Source of the DNA: an uncultured Acidobacteriaceae bacterium
GTDB lineage: Bacteria > Acidobacteriota > Terriglobia > Terriglobales > Acidobacteriaceae
DNA: 64,000 nucleotides
Direction of reading: 5' to 3'
NCBI GenBank assembly: GCA_964437985.1
Contig: CAYTIL010000025.1
Location: 58,669 to 122,668 of the forward strand
The position numbers and the translations under genes were made by a program. Each line of letters begins with the position of its first letter. Position 1 is the stretch's first letter. Shown here piece after piece: positions 35,067 through 44,789 of this stretch. The notes below the pieces were generated by a model. The model ran no database searches, had not been told where the DNA came from, and saw nothing but the letters and a program-made list of their open reading frames with translations.

Positions 35067-36632
35067 CTACTCCGGCCACGCCGCGTACGCGTACAACATG
35101 TCCACCATGGACTGCTCGGCGCGCGCCAGACCCGCGACCTTGTCGTTGCCTTCGATGACCAGGTACTCGTCAATCGAGTGGGCGCGGCCGCCGTGGCCCA
35201 GCCCGGCGGAGACCGCGGCCAGGTTCAGCGGAGGCCGGGTGTACTGCGCCTGCGGGCTGGAGCCGGCCGAGCGCGGCCACACCGCGGGCTCGATTCCATA
35301 CTGCTTGTAGACGCTGAGCGCGCACTGCACCGGCGCGGTCTTCACCGAGGTGCGCGACCACTCGTCGCCGCCACCCAGCTTGCGCATCTCCAGGTCCGGG
35401 AAGCCGTTCTTGTCCAGGTGCTGGCGGATGAGCGCCATCTGTGCGTCGATCTCCTGATTAGGAACCAGGCGGGAGTCAATCTTGCAGGTGGCCTTCTCCG
35501 GCAGGATGGTGGCCATGCCCGGCCCGGTGTAGCCCGACCACAGGCCGTCAATGTTCAGCGAAGTATCGAACAGCAGATGACGCAGGGCCTCGGTATCGCT
35601 CCAGCCGTTCATCCACACCTTGGCGTTCGTCTTCTCGCTGGCCAGGGCGCGCCCGCCGAATTTCTGGATGATGGCCGCCAGCAGTTGCTCCTCTTCTTCC
35701 GTGGGCGGCACGATGGCGTCGTAATAGTTGGGGATGAGGATGCGGTTGGTTTCGGAATCGAACATGGTGCGGAGGGCGGCAATGAGCCGCCAGTTGGGCG
35801 AATCGAGGATGGCCTTGCGCGAGGAATGGATGGGAATGTTTTGCGGTCCGCGTCCCCAACGTTTGCCGTGCGCCTCCAGCTCGAAGGCGGCAATGCCCTT
35901 CGTGCCCAGGGAAATCTCCACCGCGCCGTCGCTGTTCTGCGAGGGATCGAGGCTGAAGTGAGCGCTGCACTTCTTGAGCTGGTCGTAATAGGGAGCGAGC
36001 ACCTGGTGGAAGTGCGGCGAGCCCTGCTCTTCCTCGCCGTCGCAGGTAAAAAGGATGTTCACCGGGAGCTTGCCATCTACGGCGATGATGGACTCGCAAG
36101 CGTTGAGCAGCGCCACCAGCGGCCCTTTGGAGTTGTACGAGCCGCGCGCCATGATGCTCTTACCGAAGGGAGGACGGTCCACGACGCTCGCGGCCAGCGG
36201 CGGCGACGACCATTCCTTCTCGTCGTAGGGCTGGGTGTCGTACATGAAGTAATGGGAGATGGTCTTCTTCGCGCCCGCGTCGTAATAGGCAGCGGCCCCG
36301 GGAAGGCCGTCGGTCTTGGCAATCTCCGCCCACTGGCAGCCCATGCGCTTGAACATCGCCATGAGCGAATCCAGGCACTCGCTCATGTTCTCGCGGCCCG
36401 AAACCGGCGTCTTCCATCCCCAGCTTGAAATGCTGGGCAGACGCAGGAACTCCTGGATGCGGGCCACGTGATCGGACTGGTGGTCCTGGATGTGCTTGTG
36501 CGCCTTGCGCACCGCGGCCGAGTTCAGGACATCCTGGGCGAAGCCGTGAGGCTCGTCGAGAAATGCGAAAAAGCCGGCCGCGGCCGCCGTGCTGCCCAGC
36601 GTGCGTGAAAATTCCCGCCGTGTCACCGCCAT
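35067..36632 (-). CDS. M20/M28-type dipeptidase-like metallopeptidase with Tat signal
   Basis: Tat motif TRREFSRTLGSTAAAAGFF. It has an M20 metal-ligand region and dimerisation domain. Assignment is at family level only. Confidence 0.7.
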   Translation of the reverse strand: MAVTRREFSRTLGSTAAAAGFFAFLDEPHGFAQDVLNSAAVRKAHKHIQDHQSDHVARIQEFLRLPSISSWGWKTPVSGRENMSECLDSLMAMFKRMGCQWAEIAKTDGLPGAAAYYDAGAKKTISHYFMYDTQPYDEKEWSSPPLAASVVDRPPFGKSIMARGSYNSKGPLVALLNACESIIAVDGKLPVNILFTCDGEEEQGSPHFHQVLAPYYDQLKKCSAHFSLDPSQNSDGAVEISLGTKGIAAFELEAHGKRWGRGPQNIPIHSSRKAILDSPNWRLIAALRTMFDSETNRILIPNYYDAIVPPTEEEEQLLAAIIQKFGGRALASEKTNAKVWMNGWSDTEALRHLLFDTSLNIDGLWSGYTGPGMATILPEKATCKIDSRLVPNQEIDAQMALIRQHLDKNGFPDLEMRKLGGGDEWSRTSVKTAPVQCALSVYKQYGIEPAVWPRSAGSSPQAQYTRPPLNLAAVSAGLGHGGRAHSIDEYLVIEGNDKVAGLARAEQSMVDMLYAYAAWPE

Positions 36633-36663
36633 GGTTCGCCTCCCGGAAAGAAAAGGATTTTAG

Positions 36664-36840
36664 CATTGACGATTGCCAAGTGACGATGGGCGAGCAGTCT
36701 TGTGCCGCGTGCCTAAGGGTAGACGCGGCACGTAAGGTCCTTCGTCCGCCTGCGGCGGACTCGGGATGACGACGTGGAAGGGAGCACGCGAGAAATGCAA
36801 TCGTCAATCGTCAATGATGAAGTCGTCAATTTGACGAGAG
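36664..36840. repeat. Composite repeat block: family E (cattgacgattgccaagtgacgatgg), hairpin gtgccgcgt-gcctaagggtag-acgcggcac, family C copy (36729..36773, inverted), family E (caatcgtcaatcgtcaatgatgaagtcgtcaatttgacga)
   Basis: Read directly. The C copy has reverse complement gtcgtcatcccgagtccgccgcaggcggacgaaggaccttacgtg. This is almost identical, hairpin included, to the copies flanking the GIY-YIG gene 34 kb away. Confidence 0.7.
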
Positions 36841-36849
36841 CCACCCGCG

Positions 36850-39120
36850 CTACGACGGCTTTTCGTTTCCCGAGTCCAGCACTTCGCGCACCTTCTGCGC
36901 CAGTTCGAGAGGGCGAAACGGCTTGGAGAGCAGGAAGGTTCCCGGGTCGAGCACGCCGTGGTGGACGATGGCGTTGCCGGTGTAGCCGGAGACGAAGAGC
37001 ACGCGGGTGTCGGGCCGCAGGGTGGCAAGCTGATCGGCGAGGTCGCGCCCGCCCATGCCGGGCATGACCACGTCCGTCACCAGCAGATGGATGGGCGCGG
37101 CGTGCTCGCCACACCGGCGCAGCGCCTCCAGGCCGTTGGCCGCCTCGAGCACGGTGTAGCCCTGATCAGCAAGGTATTGCGCTGCCAGCTTGCGAACGGA
37201 TTCTTCGTCTTCCACCAGCAGCACCGTTTCCGTTCCCCGCAGGGACGCGGCCGGAACCTTCGCGTGGTTGACCGGTTCGGGCGTGACCGATTCTCCGGCG
37301 TGCGGCAAGTAGATCTTGAAGGTGGACCCCTTGCCCACTTCGCTGTACACCCAGATGTAACCGCCGCTCTGCTTCACGATGCCGTACACCGTCGCCAGGC
37401 CCAGCCCCGTTCCCTTGCCTTTTTCCTTGGTGGTAAAGAAAGGCTCGAAGATGTGGGACTGCGTGGCAGCGTTTATGCCGCTGCCGTTGTCGCTCACCGC
37501 GAGCATGACGTAGGAGCCGGGCTGCATGGAGGCGTGGTGGTTCAACTGCATGGCGTCCATTTCGACGTTGGCGGTCTCGATGATCAAGCGGCCGCCGCGG
37601 GGCATGGCGTCGCGCGCGTTCACCGCCAGGTTCATGATCACCTGTTCGATCTGCCCCGCATCTGCCTTCACCACGCCTCGCTCGGGGTCGAGCTGGAGAA
37701 CCAGGTCAATGTCTTCGCCGATCAGGCGCCGCAGCATCTTGTGGTTCTCGATCACCACCGCGTTGAGGTCGAAGACTTTCAGCTCCAGCACCTGCTTGCG
37801 GCTGAAGGCCACCAGTTGGCGGGTGAGCCCGGCCGCGCGCTGGCCTGCCTTGCGGATCTCCTCCACGTGCTTGCGCGCGGGATCGCTCAAACCGACGGCT
37901 TCCTCGAGTAGGTCGCTGTAGCCGATGATGATGGCCAGCAGGTTGTTGAAGTCATGGGCCACACCGCCGGCCAGGCGGCCAACGGCTTCCATCTTCTGCG
38001 CCTGCAGGAGCTGTGCTTCCAGTAAGCGATGCTCGGAAATGTCGCGCACCACGGCCACCAGGCAGCGCTGGCCGGAGAGATCAATGGCCTCAGCGGACAG
38101 CAGGCCAGTGCGTACGGCGCCCTGCTTATTGCGGAAGCGTAACTCCAGGTTGGTCACGCTGCCTAGCTGAAGGATGTCGGACGTAATGCGCTGTTGCTCG
38201 GCAGGGTCGGCCCAGAGGTTGAGGTCGGAAACCGTGCGTCCTACCACCTCGTGGCGTTCGTAGCCGGTCAGACGCTGGAAACTTTCGTTCACCTCCAAGT
38301 AGCGGCCTTCGTCCAACGTACTGATGCTGATGGCATCGGGCGTGGCGCGAAAAGCCTTGGCGAACTTTTCTTCCGCGCGAATCAGGGAGTCCTCCAGGCG
38401 TTTGCGCTGGGTGATGTCGATGGCCAGGCCGAGCGTGCCCACGATGTGGCCGCGAGCGTCGCGCAGGGGCTCAGCGTGAGCGTGGAACCAGCGGCCTCCC
38501 CACTCCAATTCGTAGCTCACCGCATCCCCGACGAGGGCGTCGAAGTGCGCGCTGGCCACCAGCGAGCGCGCGTCGCCGGCCTGAAAGATTTCCATCAGCG
38601 AACGGCCCATGAAACCGGCCGCGGCCAGGTCCAGGCCCGGCAGGCCGGAGCCTACGGCGGAGGTGAGGCACAGCCCTTCGTCGGTGCTCCACAGAGCGCC
38701 GGGAAGCTGCGCCAGCAGCGCTCGCAGCCCGGCCTCGGCATGCAGCCGCGCACCCAGTCCGCTCTGCCCGGTGCTCGGGCGCTCCGCCAGTTGCTGCAGA
38801 CGATAGGAAGAAATCTTGGCCGCCAACGCCGGCAGCGCATCTTCGCCTCCCGGCTGCACCGCGCGCACGATCAAGCCGTCGCACTTCACGCTGGCGCCTT
38901 CGCGTCCGGAGGACGTGCCCGGAAGCAGAAACGTGAACTCTGCGGGAGTTTCCGGATCGAGTAGTTCGGGCGCGCGGAACAACACCCCGGAACGGCTGAT
39001 GTTCCCCGTGGTCCCATCGTTCCAATACATGTCGCCGGCGCGACGGTAACGCAGCGGCATGCGCAACGCGTAGCGGGCCGCGCGCGATTGACCGCCTTCT
39101 CCCAAGATGGACCGTGCCAT
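36850..39120 (-). CDS. Hybrid sensor histidine kinase/response regulator with N-terminal PilZ-like domain and PAS domains
   Basis: N-terminal RYRRAGD … GTTGNISRSGVLF (PilZ RxxxR / DxSxxG). PAS segments. HisKA (…RLAGGVAHDFNNLL…), HATPase_c (…DNGSGI…GTGLGL…) and C-terminal REC (…LLVEDEESVR…DVVMPGM…). Confidence 0.85.
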   Translation of the reverse strand: MARSILGEGGQSRAARYALRMPLRYRRAGDMYWNDGTTGNISRSGVLFRAPELLDPETPAEFTFLLPGTSSGREGASVKCDGLIVRAVQPGGEDALPALAAKISSYRLQQLAERPSTGQSGLGARLHAEAGLRALLAQLPGALWSTDEGLCLTSAVGSGLPGLDLAAAGFMGRSLMEIFQAGDARSLVASAHFDALVGDAVSYELEWGGRWFHAHAEPLRDARGHIVGTLGLAIDITQRKRLEDSLIRAEEKFAKAFRATPDAISISTLDEGRYLEVNESFQRLTGYERHEVVGRTVSDLNLWADPAEQQRITSDILQLGSVTNLELRFRNKQGAVRTGLLSAEAIDLSGQRCLVAVVRDISEHRLLEAQLLQAQKMEAVGRLAGGVAHDFNNLLAIIIGYSDLLEEAVGLSDPARKHVEEIRKAGQRAAGLTRQLVAFSRKQVLELKVFDLNAVVIENHKMLRRLIGEDIDLVLQLDPERGVVKADAGQIEQVIMNLAVNARDAMPRGGRLIIETANVEMDAMQLNHHASMQPGSYVMLAVSDNGSGINAATQSHIFEPFFTTKEKGKGTGLGLATVYGIVKQSGGYIWVYSEVGKGSTFKIYLPHAGESVTPEPVNHAKVPAASLRGTETVLLVEDEESVRKLAAQYLADQGYTVLEAANGLEALRRCGEHAAPIHLLVTDVVMPGMGGRDLADQLATLRPDTRVLFVSGYTGNAIVHHGVLDPGTFLLSKPFRPLELAQKVREVLDSGNEKPS

Positions 39121-39292
39121 GGCGAAGATCCCCCTTTGAAATCTGGGTTTTCTACCACCTAGCCACCCGCCGGGAGACCGGAGGGTACGCCTATAGCATG
39201 AAGGCTGCGGAGCCTGGTGGGAACGTCACGAAGGGTCAGAAGCGACCGAGCGGGAGGGCATGTACGGAAGTAACCAGGCGGGCGAGTGGGGA

Positions 39293-39480
39293 GTGACGAT
39301 TGCAGATTGGCGATTGCAAATTGATGATTGCAAATTGCGCGCGCGGTGGCAGGACTTGTATCAGGGCACGGCTTCAGCCGCGTCGAAAAGGTTGTTTTCG
39401 GACATTGTCATCCCGAGCGAGTCCGACCGAGCCGCCCGCGCAGCGGGCGACGTAGGGAGGACGAGTCGAGGGATCTTGGT
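39293..39480. repeat. Family E variant array (gtgacgattgcagattggcgattgcaaattgatgattgcaaattg, 39293..39337) followed by a family C copy (39406..39480, direct orientation)
   Basis: The C copy is gtcatcccgagcgagtccgaccgagccgcccgcgcagcgggcgacgtagggaggacgagtcgagggatcttgg. The block lies upstream of the hybrid kinase gene. Confidence 0.65.
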
Positions 39481-39542
39481 TTTTTCTATGAGAAGGCTGT
39501 GTGCCGACCCTGCGGCACGCCTGAAGTGCCACTCCTAACGGC

Positions 39543-42500
39543 TTACGGCTTGCGACTGCCGTCGTAGCGGAAGCGATAGCCCGGAGCGGACCGGCCGGAA
39601 TCGTGGCGCGTGTTGTAGTTAAGCAAATAATCGAGCGACAGTGGGTCGTCCGGATAGGCCGTGCTTTCAGGATAGGGGTAGTGGCCCATGGAATGGAACG
39701 GCAGAGGCGAGACGCTGTGGCCGTGGGCAGCGTAGAAGTCCATGTCCTTGGTAAACCCGTCGGCGTAGAAGAAGTAATCGCGCGTCCAGCCTTCCGGGAG
39801 CGGGGGCAACGCAGCAGGATCGAAGTCGAGTGCCACTTCATCTCCCGAGCCCAGGATCACGAACCTGTCCTCAGGCGCTGCCAGCAACTCGCGAACGTCG
39901 CCGTAGCGCGTGTAATTGCCGGGGTGGCGTGTGTAAGGACCGGTGCGGCTCACTTGGTGGTAGCGGAAGTCCAGGTCGCTGCGCGGCGTGCCCTCCACCA
40001 TGCGCGGGTAGCCGAGGAAATCGAGCTCCGCCGCAGCCAGCGGCACTTCCTGCACGCGCACTTCTCCCGGCTCCCGCGTGCGGTCCACCAGCACCTGGTC
40101 CCAATAGATCTTGAGATTCGTTCCGATGCGGATCCGCCGGGTGCCCGCGGGCAAGCGGCCTGTGAGGTCGGTGACCATGGTGCGCGCCAGGCCGGCGGGA
40201 AAACCCATTTCGTCCACCACACGCACCCAGCGGCCGCTGGCGTCCTGCGCCTCGACGTAGGGCGCCACGGCGTGCACGCCCGCCTGGTGCGCGGCGTACA
40301 CCGAGGTGGCGGTGAAGTAGTCAATGTATCCATGCAGCAGCAGACGAAGCGGCCCGGATTGATACTGCTCGCCCAAGTCCAGCTCGAGGTGATGCTGCTC
40401 GGCGAAACCCTTGAACGACAGATCGCGGAAGCCGGTGACGTAGCGCCGGTCGCGATGCAGAACTTGCTCAAGGACGTTGCGGCCGCGCTCATCCCAGGCT
40501 CCGCCGGGCGGCTGCGCGCCGCGGCTGGAGACAATCTCGAAAGGAACGAACGGCGGCGCGACGCGGAAGTGTTCCAGCGGATACACCTCGGACGCGCGTG
40601 GATGGTCCACGGCCACCAGACGCACCTGGTCGAGGTAGATGGTCTCTTCCATGGGCTCGACGAATCGGAAGCTGAGCCGGCCGTTGCGCGGCTTCAGCAT
40701 TTCGCCGGGAACCTTGAGGTATTCGGTGGGGTCGGAAGTATTGCGCACGCCGGGCCCTACCCAATGCCCCACGATGCCCGCGCCAATCAAGTCGCTGACG
40801 AACTCGTACTGCTGCCCGTTCCACGCAAACAGGATGGGACAGGAACTGCCGCGGCGGTCAATTTCGTCGAGCGCGTGCGTGCGACGGCGCGCAAGTTGGA
40901 GCTCGTCCTGGATCACGCCCGTGGGCCAGAGCAGGCGCACCACGTCGGCCTCGCGCGCGCGATAAAGTCCGGCAATGATTTCCGGCGCGCTCTGCCCGAG
41001 ATACCCGGAAGCCGCGGGAACTTCCCACTTCTGCCACTGGCGCCCGGCAAAGACCTCGACCTTGGCGCCGATGGCGCTCTTGTTGTCGTTGAGTCCGCGC
41101 AGCGCAATCCGCAGCCAGGAGTTGCGATTGCCGCCATCGTTGCGCAGCAGCACCACCGGTCCGAAGTTCTGGGTAATCAGCAGGTCGGTGTCGCCGTCGG
41201 AGTCGTAGTCTGCGGTGAGCAATGCCCGTGGCCGTTCCAGCTTCAGCTTGTCGAGGCCTACGTCGGCGGTGACGTCGGCAAATCCCTTGGCACCGAGGTT
41301 GCGCACCAGACGGATGCGCGGGCCTTCTGATGGTTCCTTGGCGGCACCCCCGACGGCTGCGAGGTCAATCCAGCCGTCGTTGTCGTAGTCGAAGGCGGCC
41401 ACGCCCCATCCCATTGTCCAGTCGAGTTCAGGAAACTCCACTCGCTCCAGGCGTTTACCCTCCACGTTGCGCCACAGCGTAAGGCCCGGCGCCGCCCAGT
41501 GAGTCAACGCCAGATCCATCCAGCCGTCTTTGTTGAAGTCGAAGACGGCAACCCCGGCGGTCGGCGAAGGCACGGGCCTTGACCACGGGCTGAGCGCGGT
41601 GAACTTTCCTTCCCGCGGATTGGCAAAGATCGCCAGGTCCGGACCCGAGCCGGTCACCAGCAGGTCCACAGCTCGGTCGTTGTTGAAGTCGGTCAGCACG
41701 GCCGCCAGGCTGAAGCCCTCACCAGCAAGGCCCGTGGCCACGGTCACGTCAAGGAAGGTGCCGTTGCCGTTGTTGCGCCAGAGGGTGTTACCGACCACCG
41801 GCCCGGGAAGCCTGCCGGGCGTCGCGGGATCGGGGAGGGGGATCAGAGAGAACCTGACTGAAAAAAGATCGAGGTCGCCGTCATGGTCGTAATCTACGAA
41901 GGTCAAACCCGCGAACAAACCGGCGCCCGACGGATAGTCCGGCCGTGCAGCCGCCACGCCCGCAGCTTGACTGACGTCCTGAAATTTCCCTTTGCCCAGA
42001 TTGTGGAAGAGGTGCATGCCGCCCCACGCTCCCACTGCGAGGTCGGTTTTGCCATCGTTGTCGTAGTCACCAGCAGTACACCCTTGGGCGGCGACGATGC
42101 CTTCCAATCCGGCAGCAGCAGTTGCGTCCACGAAGCGTCCCGTGCCGGCATTGCGAAGCAACTTGAGGCCCGTCGAGTCTCTGGCACTAGCACCCGGCCT
42201 GCCACTGCTCAAGAGCAACAGGTCGTACCGGCCGTCACCGTCATAGTCCAGGAAGCAGGCACCCGGCCCCAGGCGCGCAGGTGCAAACCTGTCGAGGGCC
42301 CAGGGCTCTTCCCTCATCGCCTGCGGCGAGCCCTGAGGCATTCCAGCAAAATGTTCGAAACGTAAGCCCGCCTGCCGCGCAGCGGAAATGAAGCGCACCG
42401 GAATCGCCGGTGGAGCCGACTCAGGCGCGGTGGTGACGTCCTCGGCCAGCGAGTACTTGCCCTGATCGCCGTAGGAGAGGCTGATTGGCGAACCCAGCTT

Positions 42501-43127
42501 CTCCTGCGTCAGCTTCTGAAAGCGCGCCAGATGTTCACGCGACTTGTCGGTCGAGCCGGTGCGCTGGTAGGAGCGCGCCAATCCGAACTCAGCAGAAACA
42601 TGGAACGGATTCCGCGCCAGCGCGCGCTCATACGCGGCGATGGCCTGCGTGTGCTGCGAAAGCTGACCCGCCATCCAGCCGGCGAAGTAGTGCACATCGG
42701 CATCACTGGGATCGAGTTCGGCGGCGCGGCTGAAGGCCTCGAGCGCGTGCTCGGCATCGCCCTGGTTGCGCAGCAGCAGTCCCAGGTTGTACCAAGCGCG
42801 GATGCTGGCGGGCTGCTTCGCCGCCACTTCCTCCAGCGCCTGCTTCGCGGGCGGGTAGCGCTGCAGGTTGTAAAGCGCGATCCCCTGGTTGAGCCGCGCG
42901 GTAAGCAGCTTGGGATCCAGCGCGAACGCCTTCTCGAAGAGCCCCAGCGCCTGCTCGAAGCGCTGCTGGGTCATGTAGCCCACGCCCAACGTGTTCAGGC
43001 GGCGAGCTTCGGAAACGGGGTCGGCGGGAGGCGCGGCTCTCTTCGCAGCGGGACGTGGGGCCGGAGACTGTGCCGCTGCCAGCACCACCGCGGCCAAGAG
43101 CAGCGACAGGAGAGTTCGCTTCATCAC
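39543..43127 (-). CDS. CRTAC1 family protein (N-terminal TPR repeats, FG-GAP/VCBS repeats, ASPIC/UnbV domain)
   Basis: Signal peptide MMKRTLLSLLLAAVVLAAA. TPR-like helices. Repeated DYDNDG/DFNNDG/DYDSDGDTD FG-GAP calcium motifs. ASPIC-UnbV C-terminal region. Confidence 0.8.
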   Translation of the reverse strand: MMKRTLLSLLLAAVVLAAAQSPAPRPAAKRAAPPADPVSEARRLNTLGVGYMTQQRFEQALGLFEKAFALDPKLLTARLNQGIALYNLQRYPPAKQALEEVAAKQPASIRAWYNLGLLLRNQGDAEHALEAFSRAAELDPSDADVHYFAGWMAGQLSQHTQAIAAYERALARNPFHVSAEFGLARSYQRTGSTDKSREHLARFQKLTQEKLGSPISLSYGDQGKYSLAEDVTTAPESAPPAIPVRFISAARQAGLRFEHFAGMPQGSPQAMREEPWALDRFAPARLGPGACFLDYDGDGRYDLLLLSSGRPGASARDSTGLKLLRNAGTGRFVDATAAAGLEGIVAAQGCTAGDYDNDGKTDLAVGAWGGMHLFHNLGKGKFQDVSQAAGVAAARPDYPSGAGLFAGLTFVDYDHDGDLDLFSVRFSLIPLPDPATPGRLPGPVVGNTLWRNNGNGTFLDVTVATGLAGEGFSLAAVLTDFNNDRAVDLLVTGSGPDLAIFANPREGKFTALSPWSRPVPSPTAGVAVFDFNKDGWMDLALTHWAAPGLTLWRNVEGKRLERVEFPELDWTMGWGVAAFDYDNDGWIDLAAVGGAAKEPSEGPRIRLVRNLGAKGFADVTADVGLDKLKLERPRALLTADYDSDGDTDLLITQNFGPVVLLRNDGGNRNSWLRIALRGLNDNKSAIGAKVEVFAGRQWQKWEVPAASGYLGQSAPEIIAGLYRAREADVVRLLWPTGVIQDELQLARRRTHALDEIDRRGSSCPILFAWNGQQYEFVSDLIGAGIVGHWVGPGVRNTSDPTEYLKVPGEMLKPRNGRLSFRFVEPMEETIYLDQVRLVAVDHPRASEVYPLEHFRVAPPFVPFEIVSSRGAQPPGGAWDERGRNVLEQVLHRDRRYVTGFRDLSFKGFAEQHHLELDLGEQYQSGPLRLLLHGYIDYFTATSVYAAHQAGVHAVAPYVEAQDASGRWVRVVDEMGFPAGLARTMVTDLTGRLPAGTRRIRIGTNLKIYWDQVLVDRTREPGEVRVQEVPLAAAELDFLGYPRMVEGTPRSDLDFRYHQVSRTGPYTRHPGNYTRYGDVRELLAAPEDRFVILGSGDEVALDFDPAALPPLPEGWTRDYFFYADGFTKDMDFYAAHGHSVSPLPFHSMGHYPYPESTAYPDDPLSLDYLLNYNTRHDSGRSAPGYRFRYDGSRKP

Positions 43128-43237
43128 GATGAGTGAAAATGCGGAAAGGTCAGCCTAACGTAGCCGAAGGATGCTTGTCTACGCGCGTCCAGGCTCACAA
43201 TCCGCGAACATTGCGCAAGCTGGAGGCGCGGAACACC

Positions 43238-43272
43238 AAATCGTCAATCGTCAATGAAGAAATCGTCAATCG
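43238..43272. repeat. Family E array aaatcgtcaatcgtcaatgaagaaatcgtcaatcg
   Basis: Read directly, about 110 nt upstream of the CRTAC1 start. Confidence 0.6.
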
Positions 43273-43287
43273 CCCGTGAAGCCAGCC

Positions 43288-44721
43288 TCACGCCTCCCGC
43301 GACAAGGGAGGCTCCTCGTATCCGAACTCGCGGTCAAGAAATCCGGCCACGGCGAGCACTTCTTCCTCCTCGTTGGGGCGGCCCACAATCTGCACTCCAA
43401 TGGGCAAGCCTTCGGCAGACTGACTGACGGGCACCGCGGCTGCCGGATTCCCCAGCAGGTTGAAGCACTCGGAATAAATCATCACGTCGGGCTGGCCTCC
43501 GGGATAGCGGACGGTGGTCCCGTTCACGCTCCACTCGCGCTGGTAGTGGCGGAAAGCGGGAATGGAGCACACCGGGCAGAGCAGGATGGGAAACTCCTGC
43601 ATGCGGGCGAGAAGTTTGAGGCGCAGCACGTCGCGCTGCAGCCAGGCGTTGAGAAAGTCGTCGGCGGAAATGGGAGACCGCGATGCCACCACCGCCGCGT
43701 AGTCCTTCAGCACGGGCGAGAGCTCGGCTTCGTGCCCGGCGAGCATGGGCCCGAGCAGCATGCCTCCGGCGACGCCGAACAGCGTCCACCAGCAGCGATG
43801 GGCGAGCTCGAGAAAATCTGGCGCAAACGGCTGCACTTCGAAACCCTGCTGCCGGAGGACCTCGGCGGCGGCGTGGACGGCGGCACGGGTTTCCGACGTA
43901 ACCGGATTGCCCGGAGCTTCGTCGAAATATCCGATGCGGAGTTTCCGCGCTTCCACCTTGCTCACCTTGCGCAGAGGCACGCGCACGGAGCTGGTGTCGC
44001 CCGGGTCGGGGCCGGCGATGGCCTCGAACAGCAGCTTCACGTCGGCGATGGTGCGCGCCATCGGTCCCACCACGCCCAACAGGGCAAACGGCCCCAGCGA
44101 TTCCGGGTAGTGTCCGGTAGCGGGCACACGGCCGGGCGTGGGCTTGAGTCCGCATATGCCGCTGAAGTGCGCGGGCACGCGGATGGAGCCTCCGCCGTCG
44201 GAGCCCACGCCGCCCGCCGACATGCACGCGGCGATGGCCGCGGCCTCGCCCCCGCTGGAGCCTCCGGGAGTGCGCTCCAGGTCCCAGGGACTGGAGGTGC
44301 GGCCGTGGAGAACGTTGCTGGTCTCCCAGGCCATCAGCAGTTCGGCCACGTTCGTGGTCCCCAGAATCACGGCCCCCGCAGACTTCAGGCGCGCCACCAG
44401 CACCGCGTCCTTCCCAGGAATGTGGCCGGCGCGCAGACGCGTCCCCGCTTCGCAGCGCAGCCCGGCAACGTCAATCGAGCTTTTGATGCTGACCGGCACG
44501 CCGTGCAGCGATCCCACGTCGTCGCCGTGCATCAGCACCGCCTCGGCGGCCCGCGCCGCCGTCAGCGCGCGCTTTTCGTCCACACAGACGAAGGCGTTGA
44601 ACTTCGGATTGAGCTGCCGGATTCGCTTCAGGTGGGCCTTCACCAGCTCGACCGGCGAGACCTTGCGGGCGCGGACCGCGGCCGCCATTTCGATGGCGGT
44701 GAGGCGAGTGAGCGAGGACAT
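43288..44721 (-). CDS. Amidase (amidase-signature family)
   Basis: AS signature GGSSGGEAAAIAAC…GSDGGGSIRVPA with the catalytic Ser-cisSer-Lys arrangement. Confidence 0.85.
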   Translation of the reverse strand: MSSLTRLTAIEMAAAVRARKVSPVELVKAHLKRIRQLNPKFNAFVCVDEKRALTAARAAEAVLMHGDDVGSLHGVPVSIKSSIDVAGLRCEAGTRLRAGHIPGKDAVLVARLKSAGAVILGTTNVAELLMAWETSNVLHGRTSSPWDLERTPGGSSGGEAAAIAACMSAGGVGSDGGGSIRVPAHFSGICGLKPTPGRVPATGHYPESLGPFALLGVVGPMARTIADVKLLFEAIAGPDPGDTSSVRVPLRKVSKVEARKLRIGYFDEAPGNPVTSETRAAVHAAAEVLRQQGFEVQPFAPDFLELAHRCWWTLFGVAGGMLLGPMLAGHEAELSPVLKDYAAVVASRSPISADDFLNAWLQRDVLRLKLLARMQEFPILLCPVCSIPAFRHYQREWSVNGTTVRYPGGQPDVMIYSECFNLLGNPAAAVPVSQSAEGLPIGVQIVGRPNEEEEVLAVAGFLDREFGYEEPPLSREA

Positions 44722-44789
44722 GAGCGCCTCATTCTAATACGGCAGCGCCGGTGTCTCGCTCAGTGTGGAAGCGGGCGGCCTTGTCCGCG

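Noticed and set aside
39603-41330. 575 aa plus-strand ORF
   Set aside because: Antisense to the CRTAC1 gene (FG-GAP calcium motifs on the minus strand).
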